In this document: in pieces, positions 30,962 through 41,044 of the stretch | How the letters are laid out: each line of letters opens with the position of its first letter | Numbering within the stretch: the stretch's first letter is position 1 | Source of the DNA: an uncultured Acidobacteriota bacterium | GTDB taxonomy: Bacteria; Acidobacteriota; Polarisedimenticolia; QHYA01; CAVVHA01 | Assembly: GCA_963747925.1 (NCBI GenBank) | Contig: CAVVHA010000012.1 | Location: 133,222 to 197,221 of the forward strand | DNA: 64,000 nucleotides | Direction of reading: 5' to 3' | The notes under the pieces: model-generated | The model's input: only the letters and a program-made list of their open reading frames with translations | The model's database searches: none | What the model was told of the DNA's origin: nothing | Translations under genes and position numbers: made by a program

Positions 30962-30967
30962 TATAAT
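30962..30967 (+). promoter_or_regulatory. possible -10 box TATAAT upstream of CDS 30986
   Basis: The sequence gcgTATAATttgggcGGGAGGcatcccATG gives a perfect -10 hexamer followed by a Shine-Dalgarno site. No good -35 is seen and the leader would be very short. Confidence 0.3.
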
Positions 30968-30985
30968 TTGGGCGGGAGGCATCCC

Positions 30986-31634
30986 ATGACCAGCACCGAG
31001 AAACGGACTCCCGCCATGATCGCCGCTGCCCTGTGCGCCGCCTTCCTCGGCGCTGCCTCGATCGCTCCGGCCGTTGCCGCTGCCCCACCTGCCCCCGCCC
31101 CCGTCGTGGCGGACCAGGCGCCCACCGCGGAGCCCGCCGTGGCGACCGAGGCCCCCGCCCACAACGCCGCACCCGCGCCGCCGAAGGGTGCGGTGAAGGA
31201 ACCGGCCCCGAAGGAAAAGGTCCACGTCTACACCAACGCCGACCTCGCGAAGTTCGATCCGATTCCGACGCAGCAGGCCCCGATCGCCCAGCCCTCCGGC
31301 GACTTCTCGGACTGGAAGAGCATCAACGCGTTCATCGACCGGGAGCGCGCCTACGAGCAGCAGCGGCTCGACCGGGAGATGGCCCGCGAGAGGCTGAACC
31401 GCGAGGACAGCGCGCGGCGACGGGCTGAGGAGTACCCGAGCTACGCACTGCCCCTGTCCGTTTACTCCTACTACCCGGGCGTCTGCCCCTACTACGGGTG
31501 CGGCGGCCACGGGGGGGAGGCCCCAGCCGATCAACACGTTCGCGCCGCTGTCCCAGCGGGGCATCCGGACCGCCGTGGACCTGTACCGGGAATCGGTCTA
31601 CAACTCGGCCGCGCGCCGCGCCAACATGCCCTGA
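30986..31634 (+). CDS. secreted hypothetical protein (one frame switch at a G7 run)
   Basis: It starts inside ORF 29624..31996 with the signal [31 protein letters not shown], then a Pro/Ala-rich region and a charged helical segment. The frame changes at the G7 homopolymer (31511-31517). It then reads ...[38 protein letters not shown] to TGA 31632-31634. Confidence 0.5.
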
Positions 31635-31693
31635 GAAGGGGGCGGCCAGCCCTCGTTGACAACCCCCGGCCGCCACAATATAGTCACCGGCTC

Positions 31694-31996
31694 ATGCCCA
31701 TCTACGAATACAAATGCGCTGCCTGCGGGGCGATCCTCGAGGTGCTGCAGAGGATGCACGACAAGCCCCTGAAGAAGTGCGAGGCCTGCGGCGGGGCCCT
31801 CGAGAAGATGATCTCGCGCAGCTCGTTCCAGCTCAAGGGTTCGGGCTGGTACGTGACCGACTACGCCCGCAAGGGGAAGGGCCGCAGCGAATCGGACGGC
31901 TCCTCGTCATCCACGTCCGAGGGGAGCGGCTCGAAGAAGTCCGGCTCTTCGTCCTCCTCCTCCGGGGGCAGCGACTCGAAGAAGTCCGGCTCCTAG
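31694..31996 (+). CDS. FmdB-family zinc-ribbon protein with Ser/Gly/Lys-rich tail
   Basis: It begins [34 protein letters not shown] (CxxC...CxxC). The tail is [31 protein letters not shown]. It shares its frame with the upstream gene only because the track ORF 29624..31996 has no intervening stop. Confidence 0.85.
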   Translation: MPIYEYKCAACGAILEVLQRMHDKPLKKCEACGGALEKMISRSSFQLKGSGWYVTDYARKGKGRSESDGSSSSTSEGSGSKKSGSSSSSSGGSDSKKSGS

Positions 31997-32129
31997 TCGC
32001 CCTGCTCCGCGAGCGGCGCGGGGCGAACCCGGGCTCCCCGCGCGATCCCCCCCCGGCCCCCGGTGCGTGGCCCTCTTCCGGTTGCGGCCCCGATGGCTCT
32101 TTCCCCGGGCCCGCGAAGCCTGCCCACGG

Positions 32130-34345
32130 TCAGCGGTCGAGGCCGACCCCCTTCTCGGCATCGAGCGGCTCGCTCACGTTCAGCCCGCGCTGCGTCCAGA
32201 GCTTCCCGTCCCCCGCGAACGGCTTCGGGTAGGTGTCGAACCCCCCGCCCGTGTCGAGGAAGAGGCCGAGGCAGAGCATCCGGTCCCGGAGGCCGCCCCG
32301 CGGCGAGGTGATGTTCGCGCGGCCGAGGGTGGTGTCGGCGCCGACGATGTACTCGTCGTTTCCTCCCCGGTCCCAGAAGAGCCCGATGCCGTTGTCGTTC
32401 CCCCCGCCCAGGGAGAGGTTCGGTGCCTCGTAGCGGTCGTCGCCCGCTTCGTCGATGAGCTCGCCCCACGAAAGGTCGTGGCCGGCCCCCTGCGCCATGT
32501 TCATCGTGGCGCGGTACACGTCGCGCCCGCCCTCGTCGAGCAGCAGCCCGACCCCGAAATGGGCCGCGCTCCCCTGCACGTACCAGACGCCGTCGTAGTG
32601 GTCGCTGCCGCCCGCGTCGTCGAGAACCCCGATGCCGTACCAGTAGGCCGCCCCCTGGGCGAAGAGCCCGGCCGAGTAGGCGTCGTCGCCCGCCCCGTCG
32701 ACGAGCAGCCCGATCCCGCCCGCGAAGGAAAGCCCGTCGCTGAAATCGGCCCGGTGGCCCGAGCCGGCCCCCTGCGCCATCGACGCGTTGTGCTCGGGCG
32801 TCTGGGGCGAGGGGAATCGGATCAGCGTGTCGTTCGCGATGTACCGGTCGTTCCCCTCGCGGTCGACGAGGATCCCCATTCCCCGGGTGAAGCCGTATCC
32901 CTGCCCCTCGTGCTCGATCTCGTACCGATCGTCCCCCCGCAGGTCCGAGAGGATCCCCACGCCGAACAGGGCGGAGCCCTGGGAGAGAACCGACGAGGCG
33001 TAGCGGTCGTCGCCCGCCTCGTCGAGGAGGAGCCCGACGCCGAAGAACCCCGACCCCTGGGCGAGGTCGCCCCCGTCGTAGGTGTCGTTCCCGGCCAGGT
33101 CCGCGGCGTAGCCGTACCCGAGAAGGCCGGATCCCGCGGACGGGCCGGCCCCGCCCGCCCTGTTCCAGGACCAGGTGTCGTTTCCGCCGAGGTCGATCGC
33201 CACGGCGATCCCCCCGCCCGCGTCCTGCGTCCCCCCGCACCCTTCGTACCGGTCCTCGCCCCCCGTGTCGATGACGAGAAGCGCGCCCCCCGCGTGGCGG
33301 TCGTTGCCGTCGCCGGAGATCACGACGTCGCCGTACGGGGTCCTCGCGCGGAACCTGTGCGTCAGCGGCTCGCGCGGCCCCACGAGCGCGCGCAGCCCCG
33401 GCAGGGCCGGGAGCGGTGTCGCTGAAGGGCCCGATTCCCCGCCGGCGCGGGGGCGCGGCCGGCAGGCCGCCGAGCGCGCCGTCGAGTGCGAGGGCGAGAT
33501 CGGCCGCCCCTGCGTACAGGGCGCCGAAGTCGAGCCGCTCCGCGAGCCCGCGCGCCGGGCGCGGCAGCTCGTCCCCGTCGCTGCCGTTCCCGTTCGCCAC
33601 CGCCCGCACGAGCGTGCGGAACAGGGCCGCCCGCTCGGCAGGCTTGAGCTCGTGCAGCGCCCGCTCCCGCCACTCGAGGACGCCGGTCATGGTCTGCAGG
33701 AGCAGCGCCGCGGGCCGCGCCACCGCCTCGGGGACCTTCGCGGCCGACCGCTCGAGCTCCGCGCGCTCGTCCGGGGACAGCGTGCGGCCTCCGAGCGCGT
33801 CGAGGACGAGGATCGCCGAGGCGAGCGGCTTCGGCCCCGCGGCGGCGCGGCGCGCGCGCGTCAGGGGCGATTCGATCAGGCCGCGCCTCACCCCTTCGCG
33901 CAGCCTCAGGGCGCCGAACTGGACGAGCGAGGAGGCCGATCCGGCCCCGTCGAGCAGGGTGCGCCGGAACGCCTTGACGTCCGGCTCGAGCTTCATCGGG
34001 TCGCGCATGAAGACGTCCCAGGCCGGCTGCCGGTAGAGCCCTCCTCCGAAGTAGGACGTGTCGTCGGGGTCGATGCGCAGCTGCGCGGGGGAGAGTCCCA
34101 CGGCGGCGAGGGCCTCGGCGAGCGGCGCGGGGGCGGCCCTCCAGGGGGGAACGGGGGCGGGTTGTTCCGCGCCCGGGCGCGCACCGGCGGACGGTCCGGT
34201 CCCGCCCGGCGGCCCGCCGGGGCCCCCCTTCGAGCGGGCCGGAGCGCCCTGCGCGCGTTTCGACCCGCGCCGTGGCGATGCACCCGGCCGCGAGCAGGCA
34301 GGCGGCCGCCAGGACCATGGTGGTGCGCAGCTGGATCCGCATCAT
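32130..34345 (-). CDS. lipoprotein with tandem ~26-aa 'LxDxxGxDxY' repeats (solenoid-like), copy 2; two frame switches
   Basis: The lipobox signal MMRIQLRTTMVLAAACLLAAGC is in ORF 33362..34345. The helical domain is in ORF 31993..34101 (GLSPAQLRIDPDDTSYFGGGLYRQPAWDVF...). The repeat domain is in ORF 32130..33383 (LLVIDTGGEDRYEG, VAIDLGGNDTWSW, YAADLAGNDTYDG, LLLDEAGDDRYAS, ILSDLRGDDRYEI, ILVDREGNDRYIA, LLVDGAGDDAYSA, VLDDAGGSDHYDG, LLLDEGGRDVYRA, ELIDEAGDDRYEA, LFWDRGGNDEYIV). Switches at ~34255 and ~33400. Confidence 0.6.
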
Positions 34346-34399
34346 CGGACTCCCCGGATTAGAATGTCCTCCGCCGGGCTTTTCATATCACCTGACGCC

Positions 34400-34760
34400 A
34401 TGGACGGAAAGCCGAGACCGAAATCGCTCGAGATCATCGGCGAGGAGCTCCTCGCGATCGTCTGGGAGGACGGGCACGAGAGCTTCTACCCGGGCGGGCG
34501 GCTGCGCGGTCAGTGCCCCTGCGCGGAGTGCCGCTCGCGCCGCGTTCAGGACGGCGCCCGCGCCCGCGCCCCGGGGCGGGCCCGCCACCGCCGGCGGGCT
34601 CACCCTCGTGATGGCGCCGCCGCGCCTGGTGGGGATGGAGCGGGTCGGCCGCTACGCCGTCCGCCTGCGCTGGAGCGACGGGCACTCGGCGGGGCTGTTC
34701 GACTTCGCGCTGCTGCGCTCCGTCTGCCCGTGCGACGCCTGCGCGGGCGGGGCCGGGTAG
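34400..34760 (+). CDS. DUF971-like protein (gamma-butyrobetaine hydroxylase N-terminal-like domain), one frame switch
   Basis: MDGKPRPKSLEIIGEELLAIVWEDGHESFYPGGRLRGQCPCAEC lies in the frame of ORF 34058..34840. LVGMERVGRYAVRLRWSDGHSAGLFDFALLRSVCPCDAC lies in ORF 34272..34760. The switch is near 34550-34590. ATG 34364 is an alternative start. Confidence 0.6.
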
Positions 34761-34806
34761 CGTGCGCGGGCGGCCTGTCCCCGGCGGCCGCGCGGATTGA
34801 CCCGGG

Positions 34807-35761
34807 CTACAGCCCGGCCCGCTCGATCGCGTCCCAGTAGGAATCGTCCTTGCGGAAGTGCAGGTGGGACAGCGGGAGGGGCGCGAAGGTCTCCTCGAAG
34901 CGGGCGAACAGCTCGGGACGCGAGGGGAACGAGTCCACGAGGAACGGCAGGTTCGCCACCAGCTCGGCGAAGGCCCGCACGCGGGGGACCGCGCGCACCT
35001 CGGCCCGCGTGTCCTTGACGATCCGGAATCCGTGGACCAGCGGGAAGCGCCCGATCACCGGCGGGCCTCCCGTGTAGGTGCCCCGGAACGGGCTCCCCAC
35101 GAGGTCGAGCCCGCCGCGCCCTCCGGGCGCGATGAGCCCGCCGCAGGAGCGCGGCAGGACGAGCGAGAGGTCGTCGCTCACGACGCGGGCCCGCGTGTTC
35201 GCGGCCGAGAGGGTCGACTTGCCCGCGCCCGAGGGCCCGAAGAACAGGTACCCGCGATCGTTGAGGACGGCGCTCGCCGCGTGGACGAGCGCGCCGCCCC
35301 GCCAGGCCGCCATCCACGCCGTCGCCACGCGCATGTAGTTCTCGATCGCGCGCAGGTCGGGCTCGTACTCCCCCCGCGCGAGGAGCGCTTCGCCGCGGCC
35401 GCCGCGCGTTTCGAACCATCCGGCGAGCCGGTAGCCGAGGTAGCGCACGCGCGCGCCGTCGGGGGCGAGAAGGACCGGGTTGTCCTCGGGGATCTCCGGG
35501 GGATCGATGAAGTAGTCGCGATCCTCGGTTCCCAGCCGCACGCGGAGCGAGCCGCTCGGCGGGGAGCGCCCCCTCGCCCGACGGCGCGGCAGGGGACGAG
35601 TAGGGCGCGTACCGCTCGAGCAGGCGGGCGGCCAGGTCCTCGTCGAGCCCTTCGAGGACGATCCTCAGCCCCTCCAGGTCGACGGCGATCGCGCTTGCGC
35701 CGGGGGAGGGACGCGGGCTTGCGAAGAAATCCTGGGGCGGGGGCGTCTTGGGTCGATTCAC
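34807..35761 (-). CDS. HprK-related kinase-like P-loop protein (one frame switch)
   Basis: ORF 34807..35541 contains YLFFGPSGAGKSTLS, like the HPr kinase C-terminal domain. The N-terminal ~70 aa (VNRPKTPPPQDFF...AIAVDLEGLRIVLEGLDEDLAARLLERYAPY) lie in the frame of ORF 34652..36817, starting at GTG 35761. The switch is near 35545. Confidence 0.65.
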
Positions 35762-35816
35762 GGCATCTCTCCGAAAACCCGATTCTCGCACGGCTCGGCG
35801 CGCCGCGCGCTCCCGT

Positions 35817-36948
35817 TCAGGGGGAGGATCGCGCGGCCGGGCGCAGCAGGCAGTGGTTGGCGCGCCATTCGACGACCCGCAGCCCCGCGCTCCCGCGCTT
35901 CGCGGCGGAAGGCGCGGTCGGTGAAGACCCGGACGAACGAGCGGCGCAGGGTCCCGTCCGGCGCGATCCACCGCGTGTGGCTTTCTCCCCACTCCCCCCC
36001 GCCGCGGCGGGCGGCCCGCTGCAGGGTCAGGATCAGCGGGTCCCAGGCGCGCTCGAAGCGGCGCGCCGACACGAAGACGGCGCCGCCCGGCCGCAGCCAG
36101 CGGGCCATCTCGCGGAGCAGGGCGACCCGCGCGGCCCGGCCCGGCACGAAGCTGTAGACGTCGTAGGTGAAGAAGATCGCGGCGAGCGTTCCCGCGGGCC
36201 GGCGGCAGGCGCGCAGATCGCCGAGCAGGAACTCCACGTCGAGGCCCCGGCGATGCGCTCTCCGCCTTCGCCGCCTCGACCATGGCGGGCGAGAAGTCGA
36301 TTCCCGTGACGGGGCGCCCGCTCTTCGCGAGGGCGAAGCACTCGTGCCCCGCGCCGCTGCCCGCGACGAACACGCCGCCCCCCGCGGGGAGCGCTCTCGA
36401 GGACCCAGCGCAGGAGCGGGCCCGGCATCTCGCCCCCCGTGCCGCCGGCGTAGAAGGGGGCCTGCGTGTCGTACTTCGCGAGGACCGTGGCCGCGGGGTC
36501 CGCCTCCGGGTCCGGGCGGCCGCGGATCGCCTCGCGCAGGTCGAGCGCGAGCCGGCGCGCGCGCCGGTGCGCGGGGGCGATCCGGAGCCGGGGAAGCCGG
36601 GCGATCCCCAGGATTCCCTCCGCGCTCCCGGCGACGGGCGGCGCGGGGTCGGCGTCCGCTCCCAGCAGGAGCCTCCCGCCCTCGCTCTCCTCGACGCGGA
36701 ACAGGTCCGGGAATCCCGAGGGGCACGCGACCACCACCGTCCCGTCCGCGATCGCGCCCGCCCCGGGCGGCGGCGGCTCGACGACCACCCTGTCGGCGTG
36801 GCGCACGCGCGGGCCACATCCGGTCGCCGGCGTAGAGCAGCTCGACGCTCCGCCCCCCGCGCATCAGCACGCGCAGCAGCGCCGGTGTCGCGAAGGAGGG
36901 CGGGTCGGTGACGATCAGGGCCGAGAGCGGTGTCCAGAAGGGTCGCAT
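35817..36948 (-). CDS. class I SAM-dependent methyltransferase with an unrecognised N-terminal domain (at least 4 frame switches)
   Basis: Pieces lie in ORFs 35758..37011, 36033..36806 and 34652..36817. They read MRPFWTPLSALIVTDPP..., ...KYDTQAPFYAGGTGGEMPGPLLRWVLE, VFVAGSGAGHECFALAKSGRPVTGIDFSPAMVEAAK (motif I) and LDVEFLLGDLRA...LAAIFFTYDVYSFVP...LREMARWLRPGGAVFVS. The likely end is ...GLRVVEWRANHCLLRPAARSSP, at TGA 35817-35819. Confidence 0.6.
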
Positions 36949-36981
36949 GGGGTCCGACGCCCGGGCCCGTGGGCGCGGGAA

Positions 36982-37070
36982 TGGTGCCGGAGGTCGGGAT
37001 CGAACCGACATGAGCCTTGCGGCCCGCGGGATTTTGAGTCCCGTGCGTCTGCCAATTTCGCCACTCCGGC
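36982..37070 (-). tRNA. tRNA-Leu (anticodon CAA), CCA encoded
   Basis: Hand-folded 89-nt cloverleaf on the minus strand. Acceptor stem is GCCGGAG/CTCCGGC. Anticodon stem is CGGGA/TCCCG with loop CTCAAAA (CAA). It has a long variable arm (class II), a T-arm GTCGG-TTCGATC-CCGAC, discriminator A and CCA. Confidence 0.9.
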
Positions 37071-37080
37071 GGCGGCGCTG

Positions 37081-37088
37081 ATTTTATA
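37081..37088 (-). promoter_or_regulatory. possible -10 element (TATAAAAT) for tRNA-Leu
   Basis: The reverse complement of attttata lies 11 nt upstream of the tRNA 5' end. No convincing -35 is seen. Confidence 0.3.
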
Positions 37089-37214
37089 CGGTTTGCAGGC
37101 CGATGCGGTCTCGAGGCCCTCTTGGACGTATATTTGTAGGGAGCGGTTCCCAGGTGGCCGGGACCGCGGGTGGCGATCGTCGAGGGGGGATGGAGGCGGC
37201 GCTGCCTCGCGTCG

Positions 37215-37244
37215 TTGACTCAGGGGAAGCACACCTCCTAGAAT
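37215..37244 (+). promoter_or_regulatory. sigma70-like promoter for carD (TTGACT - 18 nt - TAGAAT)
   Basis: TTGACT at 37215-37220 and TAGAAT at 37239-37244. They are followed by RBS aaaggag (37267-37273) and the TTG start at 37279. Confidence 0.45.
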
Positions 37245-37278
37245 CAGACGCGGTTACGCAACGACGAAAGGAGTCCGT

Positions 37279-37789
37279 TTGGAATTCAAGGTGGGTGACA
37301 AGGTCATATACCCCAACCACGGCGTCGGGGTGATCGAGAAGATCCAGAGCCGTGTTCTTTCGGGGGAGGAGCGGACCTTCTACACCCTGCGGATCCTTTC
37401 CACGGACAGCACCGTCATGGTTCCCGTCGGGAACACCGGCGCCGTCGGCCTGCGGAAGGTCCTGTCGAAGAAGGAAATCGAGGAGGTCTTCAAGATCCTC
37501 CGCAGCGAGAAGATCGCGCATCTACGGCGATTGGAAGGGGCGGTTCCAGGAGAACTCGGACCGGATGCGGACGGGGGAGATCCGGCCGGTGGCGGAGGTC
37601 CTCAAGGGGCTCAGCTACCTGTCCCAGGTGAAGACCCTCTCGTACCGCGAGCGGAAGATGCTCGATCGCGCGCGGTTCCTCCTGGTCTCGGAGATCGCCG
37701 AAGCGTCACGGCAGCCGGTGGAGAAGGTGGAGCTGCAGGTGGACGAAGCGCTCGCGGCATCGGCCAAGACGAAGACCACCGATCATTGA
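37279..37789 (+). CDS. carD: CarD/CdnL family RNA-polymerase-binding transcription regulator (one frame switch)
   Basis: It begins MEFKVGDKVIYPNHGVGVIEKIQSRVLSGEERTFYTLRI (ORF 37279..37845). After ~37518 it continues in ORF 37352..37789 (RIYGDWKGRFQENSDRMRTGEIRPVAEVLKGLSYL...SYRERKMLDRAR). Confidence 0.85.
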
Positions 37790-37810
37790 TCGGCGGTTTC
37801 GCCCCCGCCC

Positions 37811-39687
37811 TTGGACAACCTCGTTCTCGAAGCCCTCGTCGCTGAGCTGCGCCCGCGCCTCGTCGGGTGGCCGGTCTTCCGCGCGGGCTTCCCCGGCCCC
37901 GATTCGGTCATCCTTCTCTTCGACGACCCGTCGAGGAGCCGGCTGCTGATCTCCGCCGCCGCGGCGCTGCCGCGCCTGCACCTCACGGGGCGGCGGGCGC
38001 CGGGCCGCGAAGAGGCGGCGACCCACTTCGCGCAGGCCGTGACCCACCACCTCGGCGGCGCGATCCTCGAAGCGATCGAGAAGGACCCGCGCGAGCGCGT
38101 GGTGCGCCTGCGCTTCGCCGGCGCGTCGGGCCCGGGGAAGAGCCTGGTCGCCGAGCTCCTCGGCCGCTCGTCGAACCTCCTGCTGCTCGATCCGGAGGAA
38201 CGGGTGCTCGGCTTTCTCCGGCGCCTGAAGTCGGAGTTCCGCGCCCCCGTCGTCGGGCGAGCGGTACGACCCGCCGCGGCCCGGGAGCCGGCGCGACCCG
38301 CGCGAGCTGGACGAAGCGACGGTCGCCGGCGCTCGCCGCGCGCTCGGCGGCCGAATCGCACCCGCTCTCCGACCTGCTGCTCGAGGCCTGCCCGCCGCTC
38401 GGCCCGCTGGCCGCGCGCGAGGCGGAGCACCGCGCCCTGCGCGGCGAGCGCCCCTGGTCCGTCCTGCGCGAGTGGCTCGACCGCGCCTTCGCCGGGCCGG
38501 CGCGGTGCGAAGGGGGCGGGACAGGGACGCCGAACGCCACCGCGGCCGGCGATCACGCGGGAGCGGCGGTCGAGCAGGGCGCTCACAGCGCGAGCGGCAT
38601 CGGGGCACAGGCGATCGGCGGACCCGGGCCCGGCGGGGCCGCCGGCTACATCTACTCCGAGGCGCCCCCGGGCAGCTCGATCCCCGGCGCGCCCCGGGCC
38701 CGGGCCGCTACCTCCTCTCGCCGCTCCCGCTGGCGGGCGCGGACCCGGACCTGGGGGTCCATCCCTTCGCCACGCTGAACGAGGCGGCCGACGTCTACTA
38801 CGAATCGCTCGAGGCCGGCATGGCGCTGCGCGCGCGGCGCGGGGCGTTTCTCGAGGTCGCGCGGCGCGAAGCGAAGCGCGCGCGGGAGATCGCCATCAAG
38901 GTGCGCGCCGACCTCGCGGGGATGGAGGAGGCGGGGAAGTACCGGATCTTCGGCGAAGCGCTCCTCGCCGGGCTGACGCGGGCCGAGCGGCGCGGGCAGA
39001 GCGCGATCGTTCCCGACCCGTACGATCCCGACGAGAAGCCGCTCGCGGTGCCGATCGATCCGGCCCTCTCCCTGCAGGCGAACGCCGAGCGCCACTTCGC
39101 GCGCTTCCGGAGGGCGGAGCGCGGGAGGGCCGTCGCCGCCGCGCGGCTCGCTGCGCAGACGGAGCGGGCCCGGGCGATGGAGGAGATCGCGGACGGCCTG
39201 GCCGAGCGCCGGGACCGAGGAGGAGCTCGCCCGCGCCCAGCAGGCGCTCAGCCGCCACGGGATCGCGATCGGCCTCGAGCGGACCCGCAGGCGGGCGGAG
39301 GCCCCCGCGGCGCCCAGGGAATCGGGAGTCCGGGTCTATCACGGCAGCGAGGGATACGAGATCCTCGTCGGCAAGGGGGCGCAGGAGAACGACCGGCTGA
39401 CCTTCAAGGTCGCCCTGCCCGAGGACTGGTGGCTCCACGCCCAGGGGGCGACCGGGGCGCACGTCGTCGTCCGCTGCCGCAAGGGGGAGACCCGCCTCCC
39501 GGCGGCCACCCTGCGGGAGGCGGCCGAGCTGGCCGCGTTCTTCAGCCGCGCCAAGGAGGCCGGCCGGGTCGAGGTGATGGTGACCCGCCGCAAGTACGTC
39601 CGGCGGGTCCGCGGCGGCCCCCGCGGGACGGTCACCGTCAAGAAGCACGAGACGGTCAGCGTCGCGCCGCGCAACCCCTTTGAGTAA
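37811..39687 (+). CDS. NFACT-family (FbpA/RqcH-like) protein (about 4 frame switches)
   Basis: The NFACT-N-like start is MDNLVLEALVAELRPRLVG...SRLLISAAAALPRLHLT...KSLVAELLGRSSNLLLLD. Middle pieces lie in the frames of ORFs 37867..38778 and 38472..39683. The C-terminal NFACT-R/DUF814-like segment reads GVRVYHGSEGYEILVGKGAQENDRLTFKVA...WWLHAQGATGAHVVV...VEVMVTRRKYVRRVRG. It occupies 39205-39687, has no start codon, and is therefore absent from the ORF track. Confidence 0.75.
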
Positions 39688-39983
39688 ACCCATGGTGGTG
39701 CGGAGAGTGTTGAAGGACCAGGCTGGAGGCCTGCAAGGCACTGAAGAAGAACGGCTTGCAGGCTCGAACCTTTCTCAACTCCATCCGCCAGGTCGGATCG
39801 GGCCCACGGCGCGAGCGCACAGCGGTTTCCGGGGGATCCATCAACACTGTGCGCACCACCAGGAGCGCTGCCCGCCGAGCGGCGGGGACCAACGGCGGGT
39901 GGGGGCCTCCGCGGCGGGAGCCCCAATATCTGGGCCGCCCATTGACCGACCCCCCCCGGTGGCATAACGTATAGCGGCGCCGC

Positions 39984-41037
39984 ATGAAAACCCTCGTCAA
40001 GGTCCTGGTCGGGCTCGCCCTCTCGGCGCTCACGCTCTACCTTTTCGTGCGCAATCTCGATTTCGGGAAGGTCCGCGAGGGGATCTCGTCCGCCAGCGTT
40101 CCGCTGCTGGTGACGGCGATCCTCGTCGGCTACTTCGGGCACCTGTCCCTGCGCTCGCTCCGGTGGGCCACGATGCTCCACCCGATGAAGCGCCGGATCT
40201 CCTTCTACAACCTCTTCTCCACGACGGCGATCGGCTACGCGGTCTCCTGGCTGACCCCGGGCCGGCTCGGGGAGGTGGTCCGGCCGGTCCTGCTCGGCGC
40301 GGCGCGAGCAGATCCCCGTGGCGGGGGTCCTCGGCACCGCGGCGATCGAGCGGGTCCTCGACGCGGCGACCATCGCGGTCCTGGCCGCGGCGGCGGCCGT
40401 CTCGGCCCCGCTGTGGTGGAGCACGAACGGCGCCCCCATGACGGTCTCGGTCCCGTTCGTGGGGCAGCAGGGGATCGTTCGCGTCCTCACCTGGCTCGGC
40501 GTGATCGGCCTGGTCGGCTCGGCCGCGGGCCTGTTCTTCCTGCGAAGCCTGGTCCTGCAGGATTCCTGGTTCATCCGGTTCGTGGACAAGCGCCGGTCGG
40601 GCCCGGGCCGCATGGCGAAATTCTGGAGCGTGGTGCGCCACCTCGCCGAGGGGGCGGCGTTCCTGCGCGAGGGGTGGCGGGCCCTGCGGGTCGGGGTCGA
40701 ATCGCTCCTCATCTGGTGCACGATCGGCGTCGGCACCTGGATCGGCCTGCTGGCCGCCGGCGTGCGGATCCCGATCCCGGGAACCCTCTTCCTCGTGGCG
40801 CTCTCGGCGCTCGGCATCGCGGTGCCGACCCCGGGAGGGGCCGGGACCGTGCACTACGCGTTCCAGCTGGGCCTGATCGACCTTTTCGGGGTCGAGCCGA
40901 ACCTCGCCGCGGCGGCGACCGTGCTCTACCACCCTGTCATCATCTATATTCCCCCCGTCGTCTTCGGCCTGATCTTCGCGTGGCGGGATGGCCTGGGCCT
41001 GTCCAGGCTCCGGGCGCTCGCGAGCAAGGCGGAGTGA
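39984..41037 (+). CDS. flippase-like membrane protein (lysylphosphatidylglycerol-synthase TM-region family, UPF0104-like), one frame switch
   Basis: ORF 39984..41048 is real to ~40300 (...[15 protein letters not shown]). It continues in ORF 40318..41037 ([17 protein letters not shown]...[13 protein letters not shown]...). It has multiple TM helices. Confidence 0.7.
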
Positions 41038-41044
41038 GCGAACC

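Noticed and set aside
29624-31996. Single 790-aa ORF.
   Set aside because: It is a composite. The 5' part is antisense to the small Cys protein and GNAT genes. The remainder contains two separate genes (30986-31634 after a frame switch, and the FmdB-like gene from 31694) that merely share a frame.
34346-37070. A genomic island integrated at tRNA-Leu.
   Set aside because: No integrase, no recognisable direct repeat of the tRNA 3' end, and no compositional shift could be seen by eye. The tRNA adjacency is noted only inside the HprK/methyltransferase finding.
39688-39983. Known structured RNAs in the low-GC spacer (SRP RNA, 6S, tmRNA, RNase P, TPP/cobalamin riboswitches).
   Set aside because: I could not find the diagnostic motifs by eye: GGAAGCAGC-type SRP domain IV, a tRNA-like CCA end, GAGGAAAGUCC, CUGAGA, or a B12 box. 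The region is kept only as an unexplained element.
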